DNA from: Camelus dromedarius
Taxonomy: Eukaryota
Length of the DNA stretch: 64,000 nucleotides
Reading direction: 5' to 3'
Assembly (NCBI RefSeq): GCF_036321535.1
Contig: NC_087472.1
Span: forward strand, 93,746,001 to 93,810,000
Part shown: piece by piece, positions 37,710 through 51,068 of the stretch
How the letters are laid out: every line of letters starts with the position of its first letter
Position numbering within the stretch: the stretch's first letter is position 1
Notes under the pieces: generated by a model
What the model saw: the letters and a program-made list of their open reading frames with translations, nothing else
What the model was told of the DNA's origin: nothing
Database searches by the model: none
Program-made: the position numbers and the translations under genes

Positions 37710-40003
37710 AAGTATGGTGCATTTATAATGGCATACACTGTGTTGTCAAATATGTTTCTAACTGGAAAGATTTTCTGCTTTCACAAGCATCATTGGAAAC
37801 CAAGTCCTCCCCTTACAACGTTTTATGACTGATGAGTGGAAGAATTTCCCACAGACCAGATCCTGGTTTAAAATACGTTTCCAACCTTATTTCTCCTCCC
37901 CTATCCTCAAACCTTCAATCCTGAGCTCCTTAGATCATGTTCATATCATAGTAGTACCTCTGATCCTGCATATCCCTGTCACAACTGGGTCACACAGAAT
38001 GGTGAACTATAGGGGTTTTCCTGGAAGCTATTGCTGCATGTATAGCTAGAAATAACTCTTCTTGTACATAGCTAAAAATCACATAAATATATCCCAAAGT
38101 AAATCTTCCAAATCACCTTTGCCTTAGTCATATCCCCAAAGGTTTTTCGCCATACCAGTGGCAACTGACAGAAGGTAAATGTGACAGAAGGCATGCCACA
38201 ATGGAAAGAAACAGTGAACTACAGAAAAGTAACCTTAATTTGCAAATTTTACAAAACATATGATTGTGTGGACACATTGCTCAAGGCCCTGGGAAAAGTA
38301 ACCAGCAAGTGCAGGGCCCTGAAGTTAGACTTCTCAGTTTCATGGAGAATCTACTTCTGCCAGATGCCCACGTCTGTTCTTCCTAAACTGTTGATGTGTA
38401 ATATGATCATGAATGTATTTTTCAGTCTATTTTATATTTTACCTTGACCTAAAAGTTTCTTTATACCAACCTGTTTGCTACTCAAGTCCACAGAATCCAG
38501 TAATTAAATAACCACAAGATTTAACGTACATGCATTCAGGCGACCTAAGGTTCAGAGAGCACTCCCAGCCTAAGGGCATCCCAGCCATACCTGATTCCTG
38601 AAACACAGTGATTAGTGTCCATTCTAAATATTTTTCCCTCTATTCAGTGTATCTCCTGCACATTGCATTTTAAAAGTTTAAGAGTTAGTGAAAATCTGTT
38701 CCACTACTTCAGAAAAGCCCAAAGATTGCCTAACTTTCAACCATTCTCCAACCTATCACCAATATTCAGCTGAACTGCCCTTGCTGACTTCTCTGGTTAC
38801 CAGATCTGCAAGCCCTGAGCATACTTCTGCACAATCTCAGCCATCTGTTTATTCACCACGGGTCCAAGTGTAACATATTGTCTGTGTCTTTGGCTTGACT
38901 TTCTGAATTGGCTTACTTTGGTGCCTCTGACTATAAGAGATTGGCTTTCAACTTGCTTCTCAGGGAGGGCATCATTGCTCCCATTTTACCAGAAACACCA
39001 GAGGCCAGCATAAGAGAGTGGATTGAAATATTGAGCAATTCATGTCAGCTGCCCCAGCCACATTAATTGTTGGTGTGTGTGTAGATCTGTTTTTGTGTGT
39101 ATGTGTGATTTCTTAAATATCTATTATTTTCAAACCTTAAGAGATAGAGAAAGAATGAAGATGTCAACCATGCTTTTGGCAGCTAAAGTGAAAACAATCT
39201 TGTCCTGGTGACAGTTACTGATAGTGAAAGTGTGTTGGCAGCTATATTGACATAACCTGAAATATTTTTAAAAATAGTTGGACCCATAGGAACTAAATCT
39301 TTTGATTTCCTGACTTTAGACAAGTGAACCAGTAGGAAATAAGCCCCTACTTCTGATGCAGTGCCACTGAGGGAGAAAGGCCAGTGAAGACCAATCCCAG
39401 TGGAGGAAGATTATTTTGGGAGGATTGAGTCCTGTTCATTGACTAGAAGTAATGCAGTGTGTAATCTCCTTATTCAGATCAATCTTTGAGACTTGGAAAA
39501 GTTTTCAGAAAATGTAACCCAAGTGAGAACTCTAAGTCAACAAACCATAGGGAAAGAGAATAACATGTCCACTGCACCCTCAATAAATAGATCTATTCCA
39601 AGTCTCTGAGATTTGGGACTCAGTATTCATGACCTTTTATGGATAGACTAAGGAATACTGGGATATACTGCAGTTTTGCCCCTCTCCCTCCTGTACATGC
39701 CTACACATTCTCCATCATATTACTCTTGTAATAAAACAAAATTAGCAATCATTCTTCCATGTAAAATAGAAGACACAACACTTAACCTTTTGAACAGGTT
39801 GGAGTAGAGCTTATATTAATCCCATAATGACAGGTAAATTACATTTTATCTCCCCGTGGTCTCTGCAGCAGGGTGGTCATACTTCTCACATGGAAGCTCA
39901 GGGCTCCAAGCTGAAAATAGCAGAAACAGCCATAAAGAGATAAAATTGCCTATTTAGCATTTTGGTCTTTCCCAGTGCCCCTGGATGAGCTAACTGTGGT
40001 AGA

Positions 40004-40004
<1 letters not shown>

Positions 40005-40041
<37 letters not shown>
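40005..40041. repeat. Pure poly(A), 37 nt
   Basis: Uninterrupted A run. Confidence 0.97.
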
Positions 40042-40046
<5 letters not shown>

Positions 40047-40236
40047 AGAAATCCAAGTTCTTGGAGAAATCTTTGTTTATGTGGTGACAATCAAACCCTC
40101 TCCACTAACTCCAGAGACGACAGTCACAACCACAGCCTTCTAGCTAGAGTACTCAAAGGTACTTACAGATTAAGGGAATATTGGGGGGCATAGACAAAAG
40201 GTGGTAATGTGAAGATACAGAATTGTGTTTCTTTCT

Positions 40237-41132
40237 TGTTCTGGTTATCTATTGTTACATAACAAGTCATTACAAAACTTGTGACTTGCTAAAACAATTA
40301 TTATCTTTTACGATATTATAGGTCATGAATTTAGGCTGGGCTTGGTAAGGCAATTTTTCTGCTCCATGTAGCACTGACACGGCCAATCCATGGTATTTAG
40401 CTAGTGTTTGGACTGGTTGGGAGGATCCAAGATGGTTTCACTCAGATGCCTACCAACTTGATAGGGACTGCTGGAAGGCTGGCCTTAGCTCGGTTTCTTT
40501 CTCCTCTATGTTGTCTCTGCCCAAGTTCTCTCCAACAGGGAAGTTGGATTTCTTACTTGGCAGCTCTGGGCTCTAAGAGAGTAGAAGTGGAAGCTATAGT
40601 CCTCCAAAAGGTTAGGACTGAATATTGATGTCCCCAGCAAAATTCATATGTGAAGACAAAATCCCCAATGTAATGATATTTGGAATTGGGCCCTTTCAAA
40701 TAGCATTTGGAGGGTTAATTGTGTTAGATTTGGTCATAAGGGTGGGGCTCTTATGATGGGATTAATGCCCTTAGAAAGGGGAAGAGACACAAGAGCTTTC
40801 TTTTCTCTGCTATGTGAGAGTACAGTGAAAAGGTGGCTGTCTACAAGCTAGGAAGAGGGTCCTCCCCAAGAACTGAATCTGCCAACACCTTGATCTTGGA
40901 CTTCCCAGACTTCAGAACTGTGAGAAATAAATGTTTATTGTTTAAACCACCCGTTTGTTATAGCAGCCCAAACTGACTAAGACAGCCTGGAACTGGGCAT
41001 AATATTGCTTCTTCAAGGTTCTATTGGTCAAAGCAATCACAGGCTATCCCAGATTTAAGGAGAGGAAGTATACATTCAACCTCTCCTTGGAAGTGAAACT
41101 AAAAAGCATGTGTTCATCTTTAACTTACCACA
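40237..41132 (-). mobile_element. MLT1H/I-like MaLR solo LTR, interrupted
   Basis: tgttctggttatctattgttacataacaa...ggatccaagatggtttcactca...ttctattggtcaaagcaatcacagg...ccaca. Confidence 0.8.
40611..40984 (+). mobile_element. MLT1A-like MaLR LTR nested in the older MLT1
   Basis: ggactgaatattgatgtcccc..aaaattcatatgtg...caccttgatcttggacttcccagacttcagaactgtgagaaataaa..gcagcccaaactgactaagaca. Confidence 0.85.
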
Positions 41133-42246
41133 CCTCTCTTTGGTAGAGATTGCTCAAGCCCTAAAGTTAGCCCTAGCACATAGTCATGATGTCAGAATCC
41201 TTCACAAAGCCAGAATTCTTGAGGATGGCACTGTCACCAAAGACTTCAGAACTCTAGCACTGATTATAAAAGCCTTACATATACCCTGGTTGAACATGAA
41301 CTGCACCACACCCAAACACCTATAAACAAAGTCATTGTTCTAGGAGTTCTGTGGGGAGCTAAACTTTGATAGGGTAAAGTGTTTAATTGTACAGCTTTAT
41401 CCTGGGAATCTTTAGAGGCAAAGTTTAAATCTTCCCATTTATAAAAATGTATGGTAGAAACTGGAAAAGATCCATGGAAGATCAACTGAAAAGATTAAGA
41501 ATAGGAAATTACTTCTCTGAACAAAACTGAAGGAGTTCAGGCTATTGAGCCACAACAAAGGAAGCTATCCAAGCTTAATAGATGTCTTCAAGTGTAGGAG
41601 AGGATACCCTTAGAAGGAAATTAAGCAGTTGCTCTGCTTAGAAAATGCTGTAGCAAGAGGAAATGACATAACAAAATAGACAAAACAGGAATTGGATCTT
41701 TCTTTCTATTAGAGAATTAAAGAGCTTGAAGTCAGATATTTTAAAAGATGCTTTATTGGTTTTTGGAATTAGTGTATTATTATTATTGAACTTTACTGCT
41801 TTAAATTTATGGGAAAAATTAAGTAGCAAGATGAAAGAGGAGGGAGGAAAATCATACGAATGGGAAATGGCCCCTGACATTAGGTTCTGGACCATCTATT
41901 TGGGAAGACAACAAATGTGTGTTAAATGAATAATTAAAGGTAATAGTGAAAATTTATAAATATATATGAGCTGCCACCTTGGAAGAGTGGCCCTGAATGG
42001 GCTGCCCCAGGCCCATATTTATTTCCCCTCTATGAAATATTCATTCTGTCTCCCTTTTGGTTGCTTCAGAGGCTACCCTTGCCTTTCATTGTACAAGGAG
42101 TTATGGAAAGGGTAAAGGAGAGAGAGTTTCTCTTGAATTTTTCACAAATGCTCTCCATTAATTCATTAGACTGCAAATCACCGATAGGCAAGACAGGACC
42201 TGCAGGGAGGAGGGTTGTCAGCAATTATAACAGTTATGGAAAGAAT

Positions 42247-42637
42247 TGATGAAATAAAATTCATATTTTATGGCAAGATGAGAAAAATTTAAACATAAAA
42301 TTATTCTTTGCTCATTTGGGTCCCCTTCCTGCCCTTTAGTATGTATTGTACATCTGCATTAACCAGACCTCCTTAGGAGATAACCTTCCTACTTAAGGGG
42401 CCACAGTGACCCACTACTCACTTTGTACATGTAGATATAGATTGTGTAAACTGTCATCATTTGACATATAATCCTTTGTTTCAAAAACTTATATAACCAT
42501 GCTTTGACCTCTAATGGGCGGAACAGTTCTCAGAGCTTTCTGAAAGACTTTCTCCTGGTTTATAATCCTCAGGTTGGCTCAAATAAAATTTTCCATTTAT
42601 TTCTTAGATCTACTGTTGATTAATTTTTTAATTGACA
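42247..42637 (+). mobile_element. ERV1-class solo LTR (family unresolved)
   Basis: TG...CA ends, 4-bp TSD gaat (42243-42246 / 42638-42641), TATATAA at 42490 and AATAAA at 42582. Confidence 0.8.
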
Positions 42638-44626
42638 GAATCAATAGGAAGAAATAGGGATAGAAAAAGCCAATAGGTATCCTTCCTCCCAACCTAAATT
42701 GGTTGCACCTTCACAAATGAAAGAGCTTCAAACCTCTCCTCACTGAATAGCGGTCTTTTCTCACTCTAAGCACACTCTACCTCACATTCTGCTTCTCAGT
42801 TTTTAGATCATAGAAGTGTTGACCTACTTTCCCCATTACTTCTCTCTTAGTCCTTCCGCTGTGGGATACCCTTGAATCACCACCGAAAAATTTGTGCTAG
42901 GGAAATCATAACTTTTTCAGAGGTAGGGAAGAGAACAATGCAGATTCTCTATTTCTGTTTCCAAGCTTCTGGAGGTGCAGTAGGAGGTGTGGTAGAAGGG
43001 GAGATTCTTTACCAGCTTTCCCACAGAAACAGCAAGAGATGCAAGTTATTTAGTGGTTTTTGTGTACAAGGAACTTTATATACATTTGAGATTGTGAACC
43101 ATAAGAAAGTTGCCAATTTTTTTAGGTTCCAAAAAGTTGAATCTTGGCAATTTTTGTATGGTTCAACTTAAAAATATTATATTATGCTTTAATCCTTATA
43201 CTAACTCTCAGAAGAGGATATTAACTTCTTATACATAGTTCATTTAACAAAACTGAGTCCTGCTGAATAACACACAAATAGTAAGAAAAGGAGCCACTAT
43301 ATTAACAGTTTTATTCAGTTCCAAAGCCCCATCTATCATCCCCATTTATCTTGTGTCCTGTTGATACCTATTGGTATTTTAAGTCAAGTATGTTTTATTT
43401 TGCATACTTTTGGAATGGCTTCCTCCTATCTTAAGCATAATTTCCACTCTGTTTTTAAGTTAGAGAACCTTACTTGAATTAAACATTTAGATTCTAAATA
43501 GTCTTTGTGAACATAACCTCCTGAGTTAGATGCTCCCTCACACAAGGAAGTATATGGATCCTGTAAAATGAGCCCAAACAATAATAAAATCAATGAAAGA
43601 CAGATAAAAATATTGGCCATAGAGACTGAAAACTTAGATTCCTGCCTGATCTGAACTATATGATTATATAATAGAGAGGCATCCTGTTTGCTGAGACTCA
43701 GATTAACTTATCAGTTCATTTGGTAAAAATGGTGTCTGTAGCTGGGCTCTGACATTCAGAAAGAAGGCAGAGAGATCTAAGCTACAGGTAAGAGAAACAG
43801 TCTTCAAAAAGATTTGAGAGCAGGCAGTTAACAGTGGCCCATACAAATATATATAGTTCTTAATACGAAAGAGTATGTGATTGGAGTAGGTGATGGTAAG
43901 AAAGTGGTTCTAACTTTCGGCAGTATGTAGAAGTCCCGTTAGATATAATTTCATTAGTATGAGGCAGTGTCCTCTTCATCTTTGAATCTCTAACACAACA
44001 ACTTGCTCATAATGGGTGCTTAATACATGGATGATGATTTGGTTTCTAGGCAGCAAACTGTTCATGACAGCAGAGGTTAAAAATTAACTACCCTGTACAT
44101 ACATTTTAAGTTCCAGAGACTTGGTGAGATATGAGAGAGAAGAGAGAAGAGTTAGGAACAGAGTGCCAAGTAGTACATGTATCTGGTCCTTGCTCCACAT
44201 GCTTCTTAATTGAATAAAAGTGTCATGAGGACAAAGAAACAGAAACTCTAGCTTCTAACTATTGTAACTGAGTTTCAGTTGAAGTTACAATCCTGGCTAA
44301 AGAGAAAGATTTGTAGTGTCAGCACTCAGAAAGAATGATTTATTTAGATAATATAGTATTTAAAATTATTTCTTTAAAGGCAAGGCTTTGATTCATGTCA
44401 TGCTTTAAGGCCGAGTTATGTTTCTCAAAAATTTTGATATGGACAGAGGTAAACCAGGTCTGCTAAAAGCTTTGAAGCTTGATTTTAAGAAAAGTTTATG
44501 GAAAGGAAATTTTCTATATCTGAAAAAAATGAGCAAGATTATTAGATTCTTTTAGGAAGTTTACTGCTCCTTTTTATGACATAAACCTTAGTTTCAAAGA
44601 AAGCTTTCTAAGTTATATCCAGTTTC

Positions 44627-44632
<6 letters not shown>

Positions 44633-44672
<40 letters not shown>

Positions 44673-44697
44673 TATATATGTTTATATATATGTATAT
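44633..44697. repeat. (TA)n(CA)n compound microsatellite
   Basis: Direct reading. Confidence 0.9.
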
Positions 44698-46245
44698 ATT
44701 CCTCACATATATGATGGTCACTCAGTAAAATAAACATGGTTTGGTAAATAAAAGCATTTTTTCCCATAACCAAATATATATTCCTGAGTTCTCTAGATGT
44801 CCTATTAATAGAAGAGACATAAACCAATAGTTTTTGCTGCCAAAATTGTCATCTAGTCTAGAACAAAAAAACTGAGAGCAATGAAAACAGGAAAAGAATG
44901 TAGAACTGATAATTTGACAGAACCACAATATCTCATATAATACAAATCCAATTTATTCCTATACTTATTTTTCTTAAGAGAGTAATTCTTTCAATTTAAG
45001 CTATAGTCTACATTTTATCTCAACTTCGAGGCAGAAGAAAGAATAGGAAATCTAAGATTTCACTTAACAGGAGTCACCTCTCTTCAGGATCTTGCCAGTA
45101 TTGAAGAAGATTTTAAAGAAAGTGTGTCCCCATATTACTAGTACCTGAGTTGTATGGACAAGGAAATGTTACCATTCTGCTCCTTAGCAACAATTTTGTT
45201 TCAGCCTTTTAGAGTGAGAAGTAATCCTGCTATTCTGATAGCTGAGATGAGCCCATCAACCCATTTCTAGTTTCTCCCATATTCACTGTGATAAATTCTA
45301 TTGAAGAGAAGGAAAATCAGTTAGACTCCCAGGTGTCTTGATATAGTATAGAAGCCCATGTCGTGCACGTGTGTGTGCTTCTGTGTGAGCGTGTACTTCA
45401 GTTGTGGTAAGAGCTTACCCACTCTTTCTCATGCTAAAAATTCACTTTCATTCGCCTTTTATTTCAGCTTACTGGAATTCTGAATTTTCAAACAACATAC
45501 AGACACATTGAAATTAAAGTTTTGAAAGCACAGACCAGTGTAAATTACTTAGAATAAGAGACAGCCACTGGATCATCTTTAGCTAATTAAATATACAAGC
45601 TATTAAAATACAGAAGCCATTAGAACATATCAAATGAGATGTCTACTTGTTGAGAAAAAATAAAATACATATTGTATGAAAAAGTCATTGCCTAGAAAGC
45701 AAATATAAATGTATATTAAAAGGATTTGTTCTTGTTACTCACCTCTACATGAGCATATTTGAAACTACTTTTTACTAAGTCTAAATGGGTATTGTACCTG
45801 CCACTTGAGGTAAGAATTCCAATACGATTTACCTTTTATAAGTAAATTCCTTTCTCTGTAGCAAAATGGCCTAAATTGATTTAGGTTCTTCAAAGTGCAT
45901 ATTGTACTACATTCTTTTCAGTCAGTTCTACACCCAAGAGTGAATGTCCAAGACATGAAAGATCAGTGCATTTGCAACAGAACAACTGAATATTGAACGA
46001 GTCATGTCCTAATATCAAAAGGTCAAATTACAGAAAAGGCTAGAAAAATGTGAGAAACGTGTCTATGGTTCTCTCTCTCAAGGCCAGCGGAACTCTGGGT
46101 AAAATTTTACCTTTCATTTTGTAATAAACTTATTTGGCATGGAATGAAGTGCCTGTTGCAGACAACAGATTTCAAGTGAGAGAAAATAATTTTGAGCAAT
46201 ATCTGAATTTAAGAAGAATGTTATGCAATAAAAACTACCAGAGTA

Positions 46246-46273
<28 letters not shown>
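46246..46273. repeat. (TG)n microsatellite
   Basis: Direct reading. Confidence 0.95.
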
Positions 46274-46276
<3 letters not shown>

Positions 46277-46595
46277 CATACATAGAGAGAAAGAGATTGA
46301 CTTTTTTCATTCAAGACCAGGTACGTCTCTCAGGCTATGCAATTTGTGTGTCCTCAGGAGAAAACTGGTTTGTACTTCTATTTCCACAGAATGATAAGTA
46401 GGCAGCAAAATATAAATATATGCAAATAAGTAAATAACTGAAAGGAGGAAATTAACCCCTGCATATGTCTCTCAGCACTTTATACTCTTCCCTTAATTAT
46501 TTGATGTTTGTAGAGTATTCAACATGAGCAAAAGCTACTTAATATTATAGGACAATTAGTAGGAAGGCCTCTAAACTGTGTCCAAGTATAACATA

Positions 46596-47027
46596 TGTGG
46601 TAAGCATGGTGATGTGATACCCAGATCACTGTGGAAGGAAGAGATTTGATGCCCAGCTTTTGGGAGGGGAGTCAGCAGACAGCCTCCAGCTGTCAGCTCC
46701 TTCTGGTTTTGCCTCATCTGCAAGGAATGGCCTTGCTTGAGGTTGAGGTGTACCCTTCTGAGGGCAGCCCACATCTGGTGGCTGGGTCAAACAAGGGTAT
46801 AAATATTTGACCATTTTGGCCTCGAACAGGACACAATGGTGAGAAAGTGTTGTTCCAAAACTCCCCATTAAGTTAGCCAAATCTGTCAGGCCTGAATCTC
46901 AGTTTGACTTCATTCTCTGCCTGATCCTCCTTCTTCTCTCTCCCTTGATGGATGTTGATTCCTAATCAAATAGCTTGTACCACAGAATCTGTCTCATACC
47001 TGCTTCTGGAAAATTCAGTCAGCAAGA
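46596..47027 (+). mobile_element. 5' LTR (LTR16A-like) of an ERVL provirus
   Basis: tgtgg start, gtcagcagacagcctccagctgtcagctcc, gggtataaa. Homologous to 50715-51068. Confidence 0.8.
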
Positions 47028-50000
47028 GTCATATCACCAGGCATGATCTGAGAAAGCAGGCAATAAGATGGTGTTTTGGAGCTAGATCACTCACCACCCA
47101 AGACTCCTGTTAGCAATGAGAGCATGGTGAACTCTTGTCACAAGGTGGATATTAAATTTTTTGAACTATCACTGGTGATGAATTAGGCATGTGTATCAGT
47201 GGAAAGGAATGCCCTAGCAGGTGCAATGTACTAAGTAAGGTATGTGATAATTGTGGAGAAAATATTAGATAAAAGGATAAAAGAGCACAGAAAATATGCT
47301 CAACAACATCATTCATTAGAGAAATGAAAATCAAACCCACAATGAGATACCGCATCCCATCCAGTAAGATAGCTATAATGAAAAATACAGACAATAACAA
47401 GTGTTTACAGGGATGTCGGGAAACTAGGACCCTTATATTTTGCTGGAGGAAATGTAAAATGGCCCAGTCTCTTTGGAAAACAGTTCCTCAAAAATTTAGT
47501 CATAGAGTTACTATGTGACCGTGCAATTCCACTCCTAGGTATATACCTAAGAGAAATGAAATGATGTGTCTACAGAAAAACTTGTACAGAACTGTTCATA
47601 GCACCATTATTGATATAGCCAAAAGTGGAACCAACCTAAGTGTCCATCAACTAATGAATGAATAAACAAAATGTGATGGGTCCATACAGTTGAATATTAT
47701 TCGAGAATAAAAAGAGCTGAAGTACTGATACATGCCACCACATGGATGAACCTTGACAAAATTGTACTAAGTGAAAGAGGCCTATCACATAAAACCACAT
47801 ATTGGTATTATTCCATTTATATCAAATGTCCAGAATAGGCAAATTTATAGAGATAGAAAGTTAATGATTGTTAGGGCTGAAAGTGGAAGTTAGGGAGTTG
47901 GGTGATTGCTAATGGGGATGGGTTTCTTTCAGGGGTACAAAAATTACTAAGTTAGATCATGGTGATGGCTATGAATGATATGGTATGTGAATTATATCTC
48001 AATAAAGTTGTTAAAAGATTAAACCCACCCTGATCTGGGACTGCAGGGGTTTCCCTCATGGAAAAAAAAAAGATAATTGGATTGAATGGTTATAGCTAAG
48101 TGCCACTGTTGCACTACAGAATGATAACAAACAGCTGAGGGAGAGTAGCAGCAATTGAAAGCCAGATATGAAAGTCCATGAACTTCTTTGGTAGCATATA
48201 AAGAAGCAAGAGATGGCTAGCATACAGAAGCCTTGGAAAAACACACAAGATCACAAGAGATAGGATATAAACCCTACAAAGATGCAGGACCAGTGACATT
48301 TTAAAATTTTTAGAATTCCTCTAGTTAGGGCATCTGAGACATTCACTCCCATGTAAAAGGCAAGCAGGTCTCCTTAGGTTCTAAAAGCAGCATATTCCAC
48401 ACTCAGGAATACTGCTCCCACCCAAATATTGTGTAGCATGAAAGACTGCCAGCTTTAAACATGAACCAGAGAATAAGAGGGCTCTGCAGCAGTTCAGAGC
48501 TGCAGTGCAAGCAGCCTTTCTGCTTAGGCCATGAGATTTGGCAGACACTATCATGCTGGAAATATCAATAATAGGAAAAGACGCTGTATGCAAATTGTGG
48601 CAAACCCTAGTAAGAGAATCACAATACAGGATCCTGGGGTTCTGGAACAAAGCATTGCCATCAGCAGCAAATAATTATATTCCCATTGGAAAACAACTGG
48701 TGTGCTACTGGCCCCTGATGGAAAGGGAATGATTGATTGCCCATAGGACACCAAGTGACCATATGGCCAGAACTACTCATCATAGGTTAGAGCCTGTGAA
48801 AGTCACCAAATCATAAGGTTGGATAAATCCAGCAAAAATCCAACATAAGCTGACACTAGTACATCCAGGATGGAGCATGAATGGGAGCAGTGGTCACAGT
48901 AAGCTGCAGAACAGGTAGCCCAGCCCCCCATGATAGCCATCACTCAGCATCACTCTCTCAGCACTCCTATGGCTACATGAAATAAGGCTTTATCACCAGC
49001 TGAAGGAGGAGAAAAAAGCCCAAGAATGGTTTACACATGGATTGGCTTAGTATGTGGACACAAGTTGAAAAGTGGATGGCTGCTGAATTATCACCTCACA
49101 CAACAATGACCTTGACAAACAGTGGTAAAGAAAAATCCTCCAGTGAACAGAGCTTAAAAGGGCAGTTCACCTGCTCATCCTTTTTGGGTAGAAAGAGGAG
49201 TATTTCGTTTAAAGTTTATAAAGACTAATGGACAGTATCAAATAGTCTGGCCAGCTTGTCAGAGGCCTGGTAGGAGAAAGACTGGAAGGTTGGATAAAAG
49301 TTCTAGGGTAGAGGCATATGGATGTACCTACAAGTGTGGGCATGAAGTGTAAGTAGAAGGTCTTTGTTTCACATGTTAACAGTCTAGTAATCATCCAACA
49401 TGGTAGAGGCAGTAAACAGCAAAGTAGACAATGATCTACCCAGCCAGTTATGTTGGCCAGCCCTTGTCATCAGTCATTCCAGTGCTGAAACAAAGTAGCC
49501 ACGGTGACAGAGGTGGAGATTATGCATTTTACTAACAACATGGACTCCCACTGACTAAGACTGACCTTGCTACTGCAACCAATGATTATCCAATCTGGCA
49601 GCAACAAAAAATAGTTACTACCCTTAATGTGATCCCATTCCTCAAGGAGCACAACTGACTATTTGGTGGCATGTTGGCCCCTTCTAGGCCCCTGGGCTAC
49701 TTCTAGCCTGGAAAGGTCAGTGGCTCATTTTCATAGGAATAGACCCTCTGCCTGCAGGGCCTCAGCTAGCACCCTGTCCAAGGGTTTATATACTGTTTTA
49801 TCTCCTGGCATATGATTCCATACAACATAGGGGCCGACCAGGGATCTCTTTTTATAGCAAAGGTGTTATAGGAATGGGCTTTTGATCATGGGAACCACAG
49901 TCATATTGTATAACTCAGAATCTGTGGCCCTGATAAAGTGTTAGAACAAGCTGCTGGAGGCAGAGCTGAAGTACCAGGTGAAAAGCAATACTCCATCCCC

Positions 50001-50714
50001 CAGGATTTTGTATACACCCTGAATTAACAGTCTTTATATGATACTGTATTCCCAGTAGGTAGAACACCTGGGAACCAAAGGGTGGAACCTGGAGTTTCCA
50101 TTCACTTACCATTATTCCCAATGACCCACTGGGGTCTTTTGTGCTTCGCATTTCTGCAATGCTGGACTCTACACAGTTGGACATCCTTTTCTCAAGAGAG
50201 GGCACCATTTCCCTCAGGGACATAGGAGAGTCCTATTGAATTACAAACTACATAAGAAAAGGAGTCACTGTCCTAGCAGGAGTGACTGAGTCTGAGGATA
50301 AAGTAGGGCTGCTTACACAATGGGAGCATAAAAGAATCCAAGTGACCCATTTGAGTTCATCTTGGAATCCCCTTGCCCAATTGTGAATATAAAGAAACAG
50401 GTGTGGCCATCCTCTTATGAGAAGGGCAGAATGACCAGGTACTCAGGGACCTCAGGGGTGAGGAACTAGGTTATGTTACCAGGTCAGCTACTGAGGCATG
50501 TGGTAGCTGATGGTGGGTTATGTAGAGTGAAAGTGGAGGAGGGAGATGAATAGCAATTGTGGTCCAGAGCCCAACTGTAGCACCAGGGACTAGATTTATC
50601 ACACTAACTTCCTTCTTCTAAGTGTCCCCTCGGAAAGAGCCGCCTACTGGAATTTTGTAGTCTGTTCCTGAAACATGCATTAAGATGTGGATCTATGTGG
50701 CATGAGGTGTGGAC
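47028..50714 (+). mobile_element. ERVL internal region (ERV3-16A3-like) with decayed pol
   Basis: Leader tgagaaagcaggcaataagatggtgttttggagctagatcactcacc. Pol remnant ILGFWNKALPSAANNYIPIGKQLVCYWPL (48538-48732), RNase H-like FVSHVN near 49363, integrase-like DQG near 49836. PPT-like gaggtgtggac before the 3' LTR. Confidence 0.8.
47270..48020 (+). mobile_element. L1MB-type 3' fragment inserted in the ERVL internal region
   Basis: cattagagaaatgaaaatcaaacccacaatgagatacc...gcaattccactcctaggtatatacc...ggtatgtgaattatatctcaataaagttgttaaaa. Confidence 0.88.
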
Positions 50715-51068
50715 TGTGGCAGATATTGAGATGCACCATCCAGATTCATTTTCAAGGAAAGACTTGCTCAGCTGTGGGGAGTATCAGCAAGCAGCCACCA
50801 GCTGTCAGCTTCTACAGAGTCTCTCAGCTGCAGAGAACTGCCTCATCAGAAGTGGCATCCTCCCCAGAATAGCCCTCATCTCTCACTAAGCAAAGCAGGA
50901 ATATAAAGGTCCAGCCACTACAACCCAAGATGAGACATTATAAAAGGCATTACTCACTCCAGAGCTTCCTGCATCACAGTTCGATTGCTTCCTCGCCTCT
51001 TCTCTAATAAACATCTTGTCTCCAAACTCTGTGGCAGCAACTGCTCCTACAGAATTCAACCTGAGACA
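50715..51068 (+). mobile_element. 3' LTR (LTR16A-like) of the ERVL provirus
   Basis: tgtggc...cagcaagcagccaccagctgtcagct...ctaataaacatcttg...caacctgagaca. Flanks acata (46591-46595) / acaaa (51069-51073) fit a decayed 5-bp TSD. Confidence 0.8.

Noticed and set aside
43742..43787. 46-nt candidate exon ending in CAG|gtaaga
   Set aside because: The acceptor lacks a polypyrimidine tract and the peptide is unrecognised.
45070..45560. Acceptor-like sites at about 45069 and 45467 followed by short open frames
   Set aside because: No matching strong donors, no known homology, and the frames close within about 30 codons.
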